From: Candidatus Omnitrophota bacterium
Lineage (GTDB): Bacteria > Omnitrophota > Gorgyraeia > Tantalellales > Tantalellaceae
Length of the DNA stretch: 64,000 nucleotides
Assembly (NCBI GenBank): GCA_043823005.1
Contig: JBDRBG010000116.1
Location: 3,989 to 67,988, forward strand
Direction: 5' to 3'
Part shown: in pieces, positions 46,402 through 56,567 of the stretch
How positions within the stretch are numbered: position 1 is the first letter of the stretch
Layout: each line of letters begins with the position of its first letter
Program-made: the position numbers and the translations under genes
The notes under the pieces: generated by a model
The model's database searches: none
What the model saw: the letters and a program-made list of their open reading frames with translations, nothing else
Told to the model about the DNA's origin: nothing

Positions 46402-47594
46402 AGAAAACATTTTTAAAAAATTATGACGGATTATCCGGATCCGGGATAAAGGGAAAAGAAAAGGGTGTAGTTCTGGTAATAGTCATGTTTTTTATGTCGC
46501 TTATGGTATTGAGCGCGGTCTCGCTTTCAAATATGATTCAGCAGGATATAAGGCTTGTAGAACATGTAAGAGAAAGAACACAGGCCAAGTTTATAGCGGA
46601 AGCCGGGATTAATCACGCGTTAGCTAAGATACAAGCCGATGGTTTTGATTCGCGTCAGAATTTTAACGGAGCATTGGATATCGGAAGCTATACAGTTACG
46701 CATAGTACTTTTTCTGTCAGCGGGCTGGCCAGGCATCGTATTACTTCGGTTGGTACAATCTCCGGTGTTTCTGAGACAGCAATCGTTGAGGTTAAGGATT
46801 CTGTTCCTACGGCTTTATATTGTTTTTCAGGCGCCGGCAATGATATCAACATTAAAGTTCACACACATATAGAAAATGCTGTTATTAACGGGAACATGCA
46901 TGCTAATAATAATTTATCTCTTACGGCGAATAAGATGCATTCGAAATTGACTGTTACCGGAGATGTTTCAGCAACAGGTATAGTCGTGGAAGGAACACTA
47001 CATAACCAGTCAGATAAGCAGGATAATAATGTGTATATAAACGGTTTTGCTAATGATCAGGCGGTTGTTACTGAAGGCAGTGCGAATATAACTTTCCCCG
47101 TATTTGATTATACCGCTTATAAACAGGCGGCTCAGGATGACGGATTGTATTACAGTACTGATAAAACATTTTCAGGTACGCCTTTAAGCCCGGATAACGG
47201 TATTGTATATGTGGATGGAGATGTTATTATAACAGGTGAGGTTACACTTTATGGCGGACTTATCGCTGAGACAATAACAATAGCGCCAAACAGCACTCTT
47301 TATCAAAAAAAGACTGCTGATGCGGATAATCGAAATGTTATTATTGCCAAAAATGGAGATATCTCAATCGCGGGATATCTTGATGCTGAAGAGGCTCTGA
47401 TATACGCGTCTCAGGATATTTTATCATCTGCCGGGGGTAGCTTGGAACCTCATGTTATTGTCAATGGAACAATGCTTGCGGCAAGGGACATTACTATGTG
47501 GAACACAAAAACTCATATTATCTACAATCATGTTCAAATGAGTCCCGAAGATATGGAAGCCGGAGGGTTTGAAGTGGTAAGCTGGAATAAGTAA
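46398..47594 (+). CDS. PilX/GspK-like minor pilin with C-terminal beta-helix-like repeats, cassette 1
   Basis: N-terminal GVVLVIVMFFMSLMVLSAVSLSNMIQQDIRLVEHVRERTQAKFIAEAGINHA resembles the PilX_N/GspK N-terminal segment. C-terminal Gly/Asn-rich repeats (GDVSATG, GDVIITGEV). ATGA overlap with the previous gene. Confidence 0.65.
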   Translation: MKKTFLKNYDGLSGSGIKGKEKGVVLVIVMFFMSLMVLSAVSLSNMIQQDIRLVEHVRERTQAKFIAEAGINHALAKIQADGFDSRQNFNGALDIGSYTVTHSTFSVSGLARHRITSVGTISGVSETAIVEVKDSVPTALYCFSGAGNDINIKVHTHIENAVINGNMHANNNLSLTANKMHSKLTVTGDVSATGIVVEGTLHNQSDKQDNNVYINGFANDQAVVTEGSANITFPVFDYTAYKQAAQDDGLYYSTDKTFSGTPLSPDNGIVYVDGDVIITGEVTLYGGLIAETITIAPNSTLYQKKTADADNRNVIIAKNGDISIAGYLDAEEALIYASQDILSSAGGSLEPHVIVNGTMLAARDITMWNTKTHIIYNHVQMSPEDMEAGGFEVVSWNK

Positions 47595-47992
47595 TGGGAC
47601 ATTATTAAGAGTGTACATGTCATAATAAGAGGAGCGCTTAGTCTCAGAGAGACAAAAAGCATTATTTAATTTCTAAATTTTTTCAAATTATGTTAAATCA
47701 TATTTTCAAAAAAGTCAGATCTAATATTTGGCAAATCTGCTAGTTTTTCAAATTTTTCTGTCAGTGCAAAAAAATTCATTTCAATCGCAAATCTTTTCAT
47801 TTAAAGACTTTATATTGCAAGAAAAAAAAGAGGGAATTAGCGCGCCTTGTTAGCTGAAAAAAAATTCAGTTTTTTTTAAACTAAGAATCTTTTAGAATTA
47901 TTAGTGTGATATACTTATTAATACGAAAACTTTTTAATGGACTAATGCTCGCAGTAGAGCGGGGTAACAGGAACAGCATAAGTGAGGACAAC

Positions 47993-48493
47993 ATGAAGAT
48001 CAAAGAAAAGAAAACAATAGTGCAGAGAATTGGCTGTAAATTATCAAAATTATGCGAAAATTCCAAAGGAATGTGTTTGATAGAAGCGATTGTTTCTACC
48101 GGACTGGTCGGGATAGTAACGATGTCCATGGTTGGCGCGGTTTCGCAGAGTACGGTATTTACTAAAAGTGTAGATGTTTTTTATCTTGGCACGCATATTG
48201 CTCAAAGGCGTGTGGAGGTTTTAAAACGTATGGATTTTGATCTTTTAGAGTCAAATGCCGAGACTGATATTCGTGTCAGTTCTGACGGAAATATTGATCC
48301 GAACGGAAAGTATTTTCGGACAACTGAAATAACAGCTAATTATGATAATAATACAGATCTAAAAAAGGTAAAAGTTACTGTAAAGAGAATTAGGCTGGAT
48401 ATGTGCGGAACCATTGCTAAAAAGGATACAGATGAATTGGATCTTGTTCATGATCCTATTGTTATGGAAACATTATTTGTTAATTTTGAATAG
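47993..48493 (+). CDS. Minor pilin/pseudopilin (PilV-like), cassette 2
   Basis: ...NSKG then MCLIEAIVSTGLVGIVTMSMV methylation motif. Paralog of 43374..43853 (shared ...TETLFxxxD C-terminus). ATG 47993 follows GAGG. Confidence 0.7.
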   Translation: MKIKEKKTIVQRIGCKLSKLCENSKGMCLIEAIVSTGLVGIVTMSMVGAVSQSTVFTKSVDVFYLGTHIAQRRVEVLKRMDFDLLESNAETDIRVSSDGNIDPNGKYFRTTEITANYDNNTDLKKVKVTVKRIRLDMCGTIAKKDTDELDLVHDPIVMETLFVNFE

Positions 48494-48568
48494 TTTTTCA
48501 ACAGTAGTTAGTTGGTTTTAGTTCGTAATTGGTGTGGACAAACAACGAATTTGAATTGGGAGCTTTTT

Positions 48569-50758
48569 ATGAATATAAAATTTTTACGGAACATAAAAGG
48601 AACAACCCTTGTTGAGACTATGTTTGTGGTGATAATATACGCTATGATCATAGTAGCTATTTTATCAATATGGACATATACTTCAAGATCATGGAATACG
48701 GAAAATGAACGAACGTGTTTAAGAATAGATCTTCTTAAAGCTTTGGAAACTTTAAAAGAAGATCTTAGAGTATCAAGCCTTACTTATATGAGTTTTTATC
48801 CTGAAGGAGGAGAGCCGTATACAGCATTTAGTTTGCCTGTGCCAAAGATAGATGCAAGCGGTTTTTTGGTCCTTAATGCAAATGACGAAATAGTTTGGGA
48901 CAAAACTGTAGTCTATCATATTTATTCGGAAACAGACGAAACTCAGACTTTAAGACGCACGGTTTTGAGCCCAAGGAACAATGCTCTTTCAGATTTGCAA
49001 AGAAAACAGCAATTAGAGTGTATAGTGGCCGGAGGTACCGGAGGAGGAACAGCTGTTACAGATGAAGAGTTTCTTAAAAATCTAGAAGTTTTTGATATTT
49101 CTTCTTTATCTTCAATAATAGATTTTTATTATAATGCCGAGAGTCCGGTAAAAGCCGGAAAGATCATGTTCGGACGCGTTAAATTGGATCCCGGGGATCA
49201 TATTATACGGTTTGAAGTGACTGGAAAAAATACCGATTCTTTGGGGTATGACCTGGGTATTGACAGTATATCGATTGAACCGAGCGGTAGTACAAGGGAA
49301 ATGGAATATTACAACTCGGGTTTTGCTCCTTCGGGTATTCTTTCTTTAAGCGGAGGAAGTGTTCAAAGAATAAACGATCCTTTATGGGGAAATAATAATT
49401 ATCTGAAATTTACTGCTTCAGCAATAGGAAGCTATTTAGAGATAACCGATTATTATGACTTATGGCGAGAATCTTCGTTTGATAATGCCATTTTAAATAA
49501 CTCAGAGACAACAGGCGAAGAAGTTTGTGTTGAAATAGATTTTCCCGAAGGTGATCGGGAAGAAAGGATCACCTGGTATGCTTTTTCAGAGGCAGAGGAT
49601 GATGTTATGGAAGGCAATAATGGGGCTATTTTAGGAGGGATAATACCGCCTGTTACTATACGTACGGTTATTACGCGGGACAATATCGATGTTGAAGGAG
49701 ATATGGTCAGTGTTAAAATTTTGGCTTCGGATAATAACGATCTGGTTATAGACAGGGCATATATAACAAAAAGGGACGGTATTAGCGGGGCTAATGGTTT
49801 GGCTAATCAGGATCCCGGAGTTTTAAGTGTGGAAGAATATCACAGGCATCAACAGTTGTTTTTTGAAGACGGTGACGGGGAAATAAAAGAAGGGGTCACT
49901 GTGCCTGCAGGACAAGAAGTCTGGTGCGAGTGGACTGCTTTTCCGTTAAGGATCGATAGCGATTATTTTGTTACGATTTATTTGTCTGATGCCGTTTCTT
50001 TGGAAGGTAAATACTGGTCGGGAACAGAAGGAGAGGAGCGTAGTTATTATGTAGCAGGCGCGGATAATACAATTGCCGGAACTCCTGATTGGAGCGGGAA
50101 GGGCCCGGTTGCTTTAAAGGATATATATCTAGTCGGGAAGATTGATCTTAAATCCGGCAAAGGTACTGTTGAGTCTCAGATATTTGACTCAACATTAAGC
50201 GCGCCTTCATATGACAAGATAAAGTGGTCGGAAAATAAACCCGCAGGCACAAATATTACATTAAAAGCGCGTTCTTCCGGTAATGAATATATGCAAGATG
50301 CCGCGGATTGGGATTCAATAACAGGTTCAGCAGTAAATCCTCATACGATTAGTATCGGTAATGGCCGATATGTCCAGTTTTTTGCGGAATTATCAGCTAA
50401 TCTTTTTTGGATAAATTCCAGCGGAACAGGGCAACTTAGTTATGAAGCTTATATAAGGGATCAAATAACCCGTCCTGTATATGAATTTCCACAGAATAGC
50501 GGAGAATTTTTAGTTACTTCATATTTTTCTCCGAGCATAGATGATGTTGAGATAAACTGGCCCGGACAGAGTAGGATCTGCGCTATTACAGGATATATAG
50601 CTAAAAAAAAGGACTATGGACAGGCAAAGATCACGGTTGACGGCAGTGAACTTATACAGACCTTAAATATTCATGTGAAAGTATCAAAAGAAATAAGCGG
50701 AATGATGGTTGAAGAAGAAAACTATGTGGAAATAGAGCCAAAGAACACGGGAAAATAA
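48569..50758 (+). CDS. Large (~730 aa) prepilin-leader protein, cassette 2
   Basis: Leader MNIKFLRNIKG then TTLVETMFVVIIYAMIIVAIL. Colinear paralog of 44215..46401 (shared blocks TYMSFYPE, TQTLRRTV, YITKRDGI, EEYHRHQQLFF, KIKWSENKP). Confidence 0.7.
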   Translation: MNIKFLRNIKGTTLVETMFVVIIYAMIIVAILSIWTYTSRSWNTENERTCLRIDLLKALETLKEDLRVSSLTYMSFYPEGGEPYTAFSLPVPKIDASGFLVLNANDEIVWDKTVVYHIYSETDETQTLRRTVLSPRNNALSDLQRKQQLECIVAGGTGGGTAVTDEEFLKNLEVFDISSLSSIIDFYYNAESPVKAGKIMFGRVKLDPGDHIIRFEVTGKNTDSLGYDLGIDSISIEPSGSTREMEYYNSGFAPSGILSLSGGSVQRINDPLWGNNNYLKFTASAIGSYLEITDYYDLWRESSFDNAILNNSETTGEEVCVEIDFPEGDREERITWYAFSEAEDDVMEGNNGAILGGIIPPVTIRTVITRDNIDVEGDMVSVKILASDNNDLVIDRAYITKRDGISGANGLANQDPGVLSVEEYHRHQQLFFEDGDGEIKEGVTVPAGQEVWCEWTAFPLRIDSDYFVTIYLSDAVSLEGKYWSGTEGEERSYYVAGADNTIAGTPDWSGKGPVALKDIYLVGKIDLKSGKGTVESQIFDSTLSAPSYDKIKWSENKPAGTNITLKARSSGNEYMQDAADWDSITGSAVNPHTISIGNGRYVQFFAELSANLFWINSSGTGQLSYEAYIRDQITRPVYEFPQNSGEFLVTSYFSPSIDDVEINWPGQSRICAITGYIAKKKDYGQAKITVDGSELIQTLNIHVKVSKEISGMMVEEENYVEIEPKNTGK

Positions 50759-50759
50759 A

Positions 50760-51971
50760 ATGATGTCAAAGAATCCGAAAAATAAAAGAACTGAAAAGCG
50801 TCAAAAAGGAACCATACTTATTTTGGTCATGGCGTTTTTGGCGTTAATGGCTTTGACTACGATCTCTTTAGCGACTTTAGTTCAGCAGGATGTTAAACTT
50901 ATCCAGTGTGTCAGAGATACAGAGCAAGCCCGTTTTATGGCAGAGGCGGGCATAAACCACGCTATTGCAAATCTTAAAAAAAATAATTTTAGTTCGCGTT
51001 CAGCTTTTAGCGGGACAATGGATACCGGCAGTTATTCTGTGGAATACGGGGCATTGAACTCAAGCGGAAGATTAATAGTGTCGTCTACCGGGACGGCTTC
51101 AGGAGTGTCAAAGACTGTTTGTATGGAAATAAGCAGTAATATGCCTACAGCTTTGTATTATTTCGCGGGCGCCGGAAATGATATTTATATTAATTCTATA
51201 TTATCTCATTCGGTTATAAACGGGGATATTCATGCCAATGGGAGCGTATTTTTAAAATCAAATCGTTTCTTGTCAAGTTTGACTATTGCAGGAGATGTTT
51301 CTGCGTCCGGGACTGTCAAAGAAGGGACCAGGTATAATACAGGAGATAATGATAACTGGGATAATAAGGTGACAATAAATGAAAACGCTAATGATACAGC
51401 TGAAGTATATGAAGGAGAAGAACAAATAACGTTTCCTGTTTTTGATTATCAAAAATATAAAGACGCGGCAATAGCGTCAGGGGATTATTATGCTTCGGAT
51501 CAGGAGTTTGACAATAGTACTCTTTCTCCTGCTAATGGAATAGTTTATGTTGACGGAGATGTGACGTTTTTTGGGACGTGTACATTAAACGGAGGTATAA
51601 TTGCGAAAAATATATATGTCGGAGGATTTGAAATGGTTAAAGTTCTCTGGTGGTGGGTATCCGTATATAAATATGGAAGATTGGATCAACAGAAGACTCA
51701 AAACAACAGAAACGTAATTATTTCTAAAGAGGGAAATATTTTAATATACGGCCCTTTAAACGTCCAGGAAGCATTGGTTTACTCGTCAGGAGATATTGAA
51801 ACTATGAACGCAGGCGCGGATGTAAATATTAATGGTATTATATTGGCAGGCACGGATATATCAATGTGGAATTTTGTTTGTCAATTAGATTATAATTATA
51901 TTTATTTAGAACCGGAGGATATGCAGGGCGGAGGAGGCGATGATACCTTTAGTATTGTAGGTTGGACATAA
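50760..51971 (+). CDS. PilX/GspK-like minor pilin, cassette 2
   Basis: KGTILILVMAFLALMALTTISLATLVQQDVKLIQCVRDTEQARFMAEAGINHA. Paralog of 46398..47594. Confidence 0.65.
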   Translation: MMSKNPKNKRTEKRQKGTILILVMAFLALMALTTISLATLVQQDVKLIQCVRDTEQARFMAEAGINHAIANLKKNNFSSRSAFSGTMDTGSYSVEYGALNSSGRLIVSSTGTASGVSKTVCMEISSNMPTALYYFAGAGNDIYINSILSHSVINGDIHANGSVFLKSNRFLSSLTIAGDVSASGTVKEGTRYNTGDNDNWDNKVTINENANDTAEVYEGEEQITFPVFDYQKYKDAAIASGDYYASDQEFDNSTLSPANGIVYVDGDVTFFGTCTLNGGIIAKNIYVGGFEMVKVLWWWVSVYKYGRLDQQKTQNNRNVIISKEGNILIYGPLNVQEALVYSSGDIETMNAGADVNINGIILAGTDISMWNFVCQLDYNYIYLEPEDMQGGGGDDTFSIVGWT

Positions 51972-52022
51972 TTTCTGGTCAAACAGCCGGTGTTTGAGAA
52001 AAATGTGTGTTTTATATTTAAA

Positions 52023-52058
52023 GGGCGTATTTACTATAATACGCCTTTATTTTTGATT
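52023..52058 (+). terminator. Rho-independent terminator after the second minor-pilin cassette
   Basis: GGCGTAT, loop, ATACGCC followed by TTTATTTTTGATTT. Confidence 0.6.
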
Positions 52059-52084
52059 TATTTACAAAGCAAGCGCATTTGCTC

Positions 52085-52113
52085 TTGACAATACCGGGGT
52101 AGTCTGCTAATAT
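52085..52113 (+). promoter_or_regulatory. Sigma70-like promoter upstream of rplU-rpmA-obg
   Basis: TTGACA, 17-nt spacer, TAATAT. Confidence 0.5.
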
Positions 52114-52198
52114 TATTAAACATTTAAGGATATGTAAAAGGCACTATTTGCATAAACTTGTATTTTTAAAAGACTTATAGAACAATAGGAGAATAAAT

Positions 52199-52528
52199 AT
52201 GTATGCTGTAATCGAATTGCAAGGAACTCAGGTGCTTGTTCAAAAAGACGGAAGAATAGAAGTAAACCGGATGGAAGAACAAAAATCAAAAACAATTAAG
52301 ATAGAAAAGGTGCTGTTTGGTAAAAAAGGGGCTTCATATTTTGTAGGAACGCCGTATATAGAAGACGCGTATGTTGAATGTGAAATAATCGGAGACAAAA
52401 GGTCAAAAAAAGTAATAGCTTTTAAATACAGAGACAGGAAGAGTTCTCAATCTAAAAAAGGGCACAGGCAGGATTTAACTGAGTTAAAGGTAAAAAATAT
52501 TCATTTTGAGCCGCAAGAAAAGAAGTAA
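52199..52528 (+). CDS. rplU: 50S ribosomal protein L21
   Basis: MYAVIELQGTQVLV... is typical of L21. A sigma70-like promoter lies upstream. Confidence 0.9.
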   Translation: MYAVIELQGTQVLVQKDGRIEVNRMEEQKSKTIKIEKVLFGKKGASYFVGTPYIEDAYVECEIIGDKRSKKVIAFKYRDRKSSQSKKGHRQDLTELKVKNIHFEPQEKK

Positions 52529-52645
52529 TCAGGGAATTATGATTCGTGATCTGTAGAAAGTAGGGGTTTGATTCATCAAACCCGAGATTAGTTGAAGAAA
52601 AAAATAAAACGACAATAATAACAATTTTTATAATAGGAGAATATT

Positions 52646-52885
52646 ATGGCACATAAAAAAGGACAAGGATCATCACGTAACGGACGTGATTCCAATTCGC
52701 AAAGACTTGGAGTCAAAAGGTCCGGAGGACAGGCAGTAACTGCCGGTAGTATTATTGTTAGACAAAGAGGGACTCGTTATAAACCCGGACTTAATGTCGG
52801 AAAAGGTAGCGATGATACACTTTTTGCTAAGTGTGAGGGGATAGTTTCTTTTACCGGCAAAAGGGTCGTAAATATTATTTCCTGA
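52646..52885 (+). CDS. rpmA: 50S ribosomal protein L27
   Basis: [24 protein letters not shown]... is typical of L27. Confidence 0.92.
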   Translation: MAHKKGQGSSRNGRDSNSQRLGVKRSGGQAVTAGSIIVRQRGTRYKPGLNVGKGSDDTLFAKCEGIVSFTGKRVVNIIS

Positions 52886-52889
52886 TAAT

Positions 52890-53909
52890 ATGCTTATAGA
52901 CCAAGCAAAGATTTATGTCTTTGGCGGCAAAGGCGGGGATGGTTGTCAGAGCCTGTATAAGGATCTGTTTAATCGTAAAGGGATTCCGGACGGCGGAGAC
53001 GGCGGAGCGGGTGGGGATGTCATAGCTATAAGCGAATCTAATCTACATACACTTCTGGATTTTAAATATAATCAACATTATAAAGGCGGTAAAGGTACGC
53101 ACGGAGGTTCCAATAAAAAATTCGGCAAAAGAGGCGATGATTTTTTATTTAAGGTGCCGGTAGGAACAGTGATCAAAGATGCTGAAACCGGTATGGTTAT
53201 AAGGGATCTCAATGTTAACGGGGAACAGGTAATAGTCGTTAAAGGCGGCTCAGGAGGCAAAGGTAGTGCCAAATTGCGTGCGGCCACAATGGGCCGGGAC
53301 GGGGAAAAACGCACACTATTATTGGAACTGAAACTTGTGGCAGATGCCGGGCTTATAGGTTTTCCTAACGTGGGAAAGTCTACTCTGATCTCCCGAATAT
53401 CAAAATCTCATTCAAAAATAGCGGCATATCCGTTTACGACTAAAAGTCCCAGATTGGGCGTAGTTCAGGTTTATGACGGATCATTTGTGGCCGCGGACAT
53501 GCCCGGCCTTATTGAAGGCGCTCATAGCGGAAAAGGGCTTGGTGACAGATTTTTGCGTCACATAGAAAGGACTATGGTTTTAGTTCATGTTGTAGATATA
53601 GTTCCTATGGATGGGGCAGATCCTGTTGACAATTTTTTCAAGCTGGAAAAAGAACTTAAATTGTATAGCAGTGAAGTGTTTAAAAAACCAAGGATAATCG
53701 TCGCGAATAAAATGGATATGCCGGTAGCGGAACTAAATTTAAAAAAATTTATTAAAGCAATCGGTAAGAATAAAAAAGTTGTGCCTATCTCTGCTTTAAC
53801 CGGAAAGGGGCTTGACGAACTCGTTAAAATTCTTTACAGGAAGATAACAAATGTCAAAAAAAAGAATCAAGAGGATAACAGTAAAAGTAGGATCCCGGGT
53901 ACTTACTGA
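52890..53909 (+). CDS. obg: GTPase Obg/CgtA
   Basis: Gly-rich Obg fold (GGKGGDGC...GGDGGAGGDV) plus G domain (GFPNVGKSTLIS, DMPGLIEGA, NKMD). Confidence 0.9.
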   Translation: MLIDQAKIYVFGGKGGDGCQSLYKDLFNRKGIPDGGDGGAGGDVIAISESNLHTLLDFKYNQHYKGGKGTHGGSNKKFGKRGDDFLFKVPVGTVIKDAETGMVIRDLNVNGEQVIVVKGGSGGKGSAKLRAATMGRDGEKRTLLLELKLVADAGLIGFPNVGKSTLISRISKSHSKIAAYPFTTKSPRLGVVQVYDGSFVAADMPGLIEGAHSGKGLGDRFLRHIERTMVLVHVVDIVPMDGADPVDNFFKLEKELKLYSSEVFKKPRIIVANKMDMPVAELNLKKFIKAIGKNKKVVPISALTGKGLDELVKILYRKITNVKKKNQEDNSKSRIPGTY

Positions 53910-54954
53910 TGAGAGTAACAGGATCAATCGAATGGTTATAAAAGCGCTGACAGATCAGATTGTTACTCTCAGAGAGCGCGGGATAGAAGTCATTGTTGTT
54001 TCTTCCGGCGCTATAGCTTCAGGATTAGGACTTTTAAATATTAAGAAAACAGGCAGATCTCTTTCAGAACTTCAGGCTATTGCCAGTATAGGGCAGAACT
54101 ATCTTATGGATCTTTACAACAATCAATTAAGGAAAAAAGGATATATCGCGGGACAGCTTTTGCTTACGCAGGAAGATTTGAATGATCGAAAACGGTTTTT
54201 AAACATACGTTATACGCTTAATACTCTTTTTAAATATAATGCTATTCCGATTGTTAACGAGAATGATTCTGTTTCTACGGAAGAGATAAAGTGCGGTGAT
54301 AATGACAGGCTTTCTTCGCTTGTCGCGGACATTTCAGATTCAAATATGCTTATCATTCTTACTGATGTGGAAGGGGTGTACGGAGAAGAAGGAGCCATTA
54401 TCAAATATGTGGAAACTGTTACAGATGATATAAGATCTTTATGTAAAGGTAAAGGCTGTGAAGAAAGCTCGGGAGGGATGATCTCAAAGCTGGATGCCGC
54501 GAATAATGCGGCTTTAGCGGGAATAGAAAGCGTGATCGCGCGGGGAAAAACCAAAAATATTATTTTAAAAATAATAGACGGACAAGAGGTAGGCACGCGG
54601 TTCTCTTCATGTAAAAAACCTTTACAGGCGCGTAAACGCTGGATAGCTTTTAGTTTAAAACCAAAGGGAAAGATAATCGTAGACCGGGGCGCGATAAAAG
54701 CTCTTGTTGAGAAGCATAAAAGCCTGCTTCCCGGAGGGATATTGGAAGTCTGCGGAAAGTTTTCTGAGGGTGCTTTGATCGAAATTGCTTCTGCGGGTAA
54801 AAAAGTAATAGCAAGAGGCTTATCTAATTATTCATCAGAAGAGATCGAAAAAATAAAAGGAAAACGGACAGATCAAATAGAGATCGAATTAGGTTACAAG
54901 GATTATGATGAGGTTGTTCATCGGGATAATCTTGTTGTGATTAATAGTGAATAG
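53851..54954 (+). CDS. proB: Glutamate 5-kinase (with PUA domain)
   Basis: VKVGSRVLTD amino-acid-kinase N-terminus and a C-terminal PUA-like region. Overlaps the obg 3' end. Confidence 0.85.
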   Translation: MSKKRIKRITVKVGSRVLTDESNRINRMVIKALTDQIVTLRERGIEVIVVSSGAIASGLGLLNIKKTGRSLSELQAIASIGQNYLMDLYNNQLRKKGYIAGQLLLTQEDLNDRKRFLNIRYTLNTLFKYNAIPIVNENDSVSTEEIKCGDNDRLSSLVADISDSNMLIILTDVEGVYGEEGAIIKYVETVTDDIRSLCKGKGCEESSGGMISKLDAANNAALAGIESVIARGKTKNIILKIIDGQEVGTRFSSCKKPLQARKRWIAFSLKPKGKIIVDRGAIKALVEKHKSLLPGGILEVCGKFSEGALIEIASAGKKVIARGLSNYSSEEIEKIKGKRTDQIEIELGYKDYDEVVHRDNLVVINSE

Positions 54955-55152
54955 TTGTTGGTGTCGTTAGTCAGTTAGTCGTTAGTCGGGAGTCGTTAGT
55001 CAGAGATTGCTTCGCTTCGCTCGCAAAGACGGACTTTCGTCATTGCGAGGCCTGAGGGAGAGGCGGATCCGCATATTAAAGCGGAAAGGCCGCGGCAATC
55101 TCAGTGAAAGTGATCGATTATAAGGAAATTATAGATAAAGGGGAACTAAGAT

Positions 55153-56412
55153 ATGGATTATAGGAAAATAATGAAAGAAATTACAAATAAGGCAAAAAAA
55201 GCGACAGCTAGTCTTAGCGCAATGTCTGCTGAAGATAAAAATAGGGTTTTAAGGGAAATGGCAGATGAGCTCAGAGCGCAAAGTGAAAATCTTAAAAAAG
55301 CTAACAAGCTGGATCTCGTCCGGGCAGAAAAAGACGGTAAAAGCAAAGCATTTATTGACAGGTTAACTTTGGATGACAATAGGATCAATGCTATGGTAAA
55401 AATGATGGAGGATGTGGCTGCGCTTAAAGATCCAATAGGCACAGTTATTGAAGACATAAAAAGGCCCAATGGGCTGGAAATACGGAAAGTAAGAGTGCCT
55501 ATAGGAGTTATAGGTATAATTTACGAGGCCAGGCCCAATGTAACCGCGGATAGTGTCGCGTTGTGTTTTAAAGCCGGCAATTCTGTTATTTTAAGGGGCG
55601 GTACAGGCGCGATAAACTCGAACAAAGCGATAGCGGACATTTTAAAAAAAGCAGCGGATAAAAACGGAGTTGTGGACGGAGCGTTTGTTCTTTTGGAGGA
55701 TACTTCCAGAGAGCTTGTAGACGCGATGTTGGAATCATCGGAAGGTATGGATCTTATCATGCCCCGCGGAGGTGAATCTCTGATAAGGGAAGTAGTGTCA
55801 AAAAGTAAAGTGCCTGTTATTAAGCATTATAAAGGTATATGTCATGTTTACGTCGATGATAATGCGGATTTGGATATGGCGCAAAAGATTTGTTTTAATG
55901 CTAAAGTTCAGCGTCCCGGTGTATGTAATGCTATGGAAACAATGCTTGTGCACGAAGCAATAGCTGAAAAATTTTTGCCAAGCATCGCGGATAAGTTGAC
56001 AAAAAAAGGTGTTCGTTTAAAAGGCTGTAAACGGACTCTTCAAGTATTGGGAAACATTGCTGAATCAGCTGATGATAAGGACTATGCTACAGAATGGCTG
56101 GATCTTGTGCTTAATGTAAGAGTTGTGGATTCTATGGCGCAAGCGATTGCGCATATAGCGAAATTCGGATCTCATCATTCAGACGCGATTGTGACGCAAC
56201 AAGATACTAAAGCGGAAGAATTTGTCAAAATAGTTGATTCTGCCGCGGTATATGTAAATGCGTCAACTCGTTTTACTGACGGAGGAGAATTTGGAAAAGG
56301 CGCTGAGATAGGGATATCAACAGATAAGATTCATGCGCGCGGTCCTATGGGGCTTGAAGAACTGACTTCGTATAAGTATATTGTGTTTGGGAAAGGACAG
56401 ATCAGGGAGTAA
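55153..56412 (+). CDS. proA: Gamma-glutamyl phosphate reductase
   Basis: 419 aa aldehyde-dehydrogenase fold; C-terminal GPMGLEELTSYKY is typical of ProA. Confidence 0.88.
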   Translation: MDYRKIMKEITNKAKKATASLSAMSAEDKNRVLREMADELRAQSENLKKANKLDLVRAEKDGKSKAFIDRLTLDDNRINAMVKMMEDVAALKDPIGTVIEDIKRPNGLEIRKVRVPIGVIGIIYEARPNVTADSVALCFKAGNSVILRGGTGAINSNKAIADILKKAADKNGVVDGAFVLLEDTSRELVDAMLESSEGMDLIMPRGGESLIREVVSKSKVPVIKHYKGICHVYVDDNADLDMAQKICFNAKVQRPGVCNAMETMLVHEAIAEKFLPSIADKLTKKGVRLKGCKRTLQVLGNIAESADDKDYATEWLDLVLNVRVVDSMAQAIAHIAKFGSHHSDAIVTQQDTKAEEFVKIVDSAAVYVNASTRFTDGGEFGKGAEIGISTDKIHARGPMGLEELTSYKYIVFGKGQIRE

Positions 56413-56518
56413 CTAGTCGTTAGTCGTTTGTCGTTAGTCGTTAGTTGGTCGTTTGTAGTTACAATGGAGCGGTCTCCCGACCGCGAACAAAAAGAAGTAA
56501 AAAGGAAAAAGAGAAACA

Positions 56519-56567
56519 CTAAACTCTAAACTCTAAACTCTAAACTCTAAACTCTAAATCCTAAATA
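56519..56567. repeat. Heptanucleotide microsatellite (CTAAACT)5 plus 2 degenerate units
   Basis: CTAAACTCTAAACTCTAAACTCTAAACTCTAAACTCTAAATCCTAAAT in the proA-nadD spacer. Confidence 0.8.
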
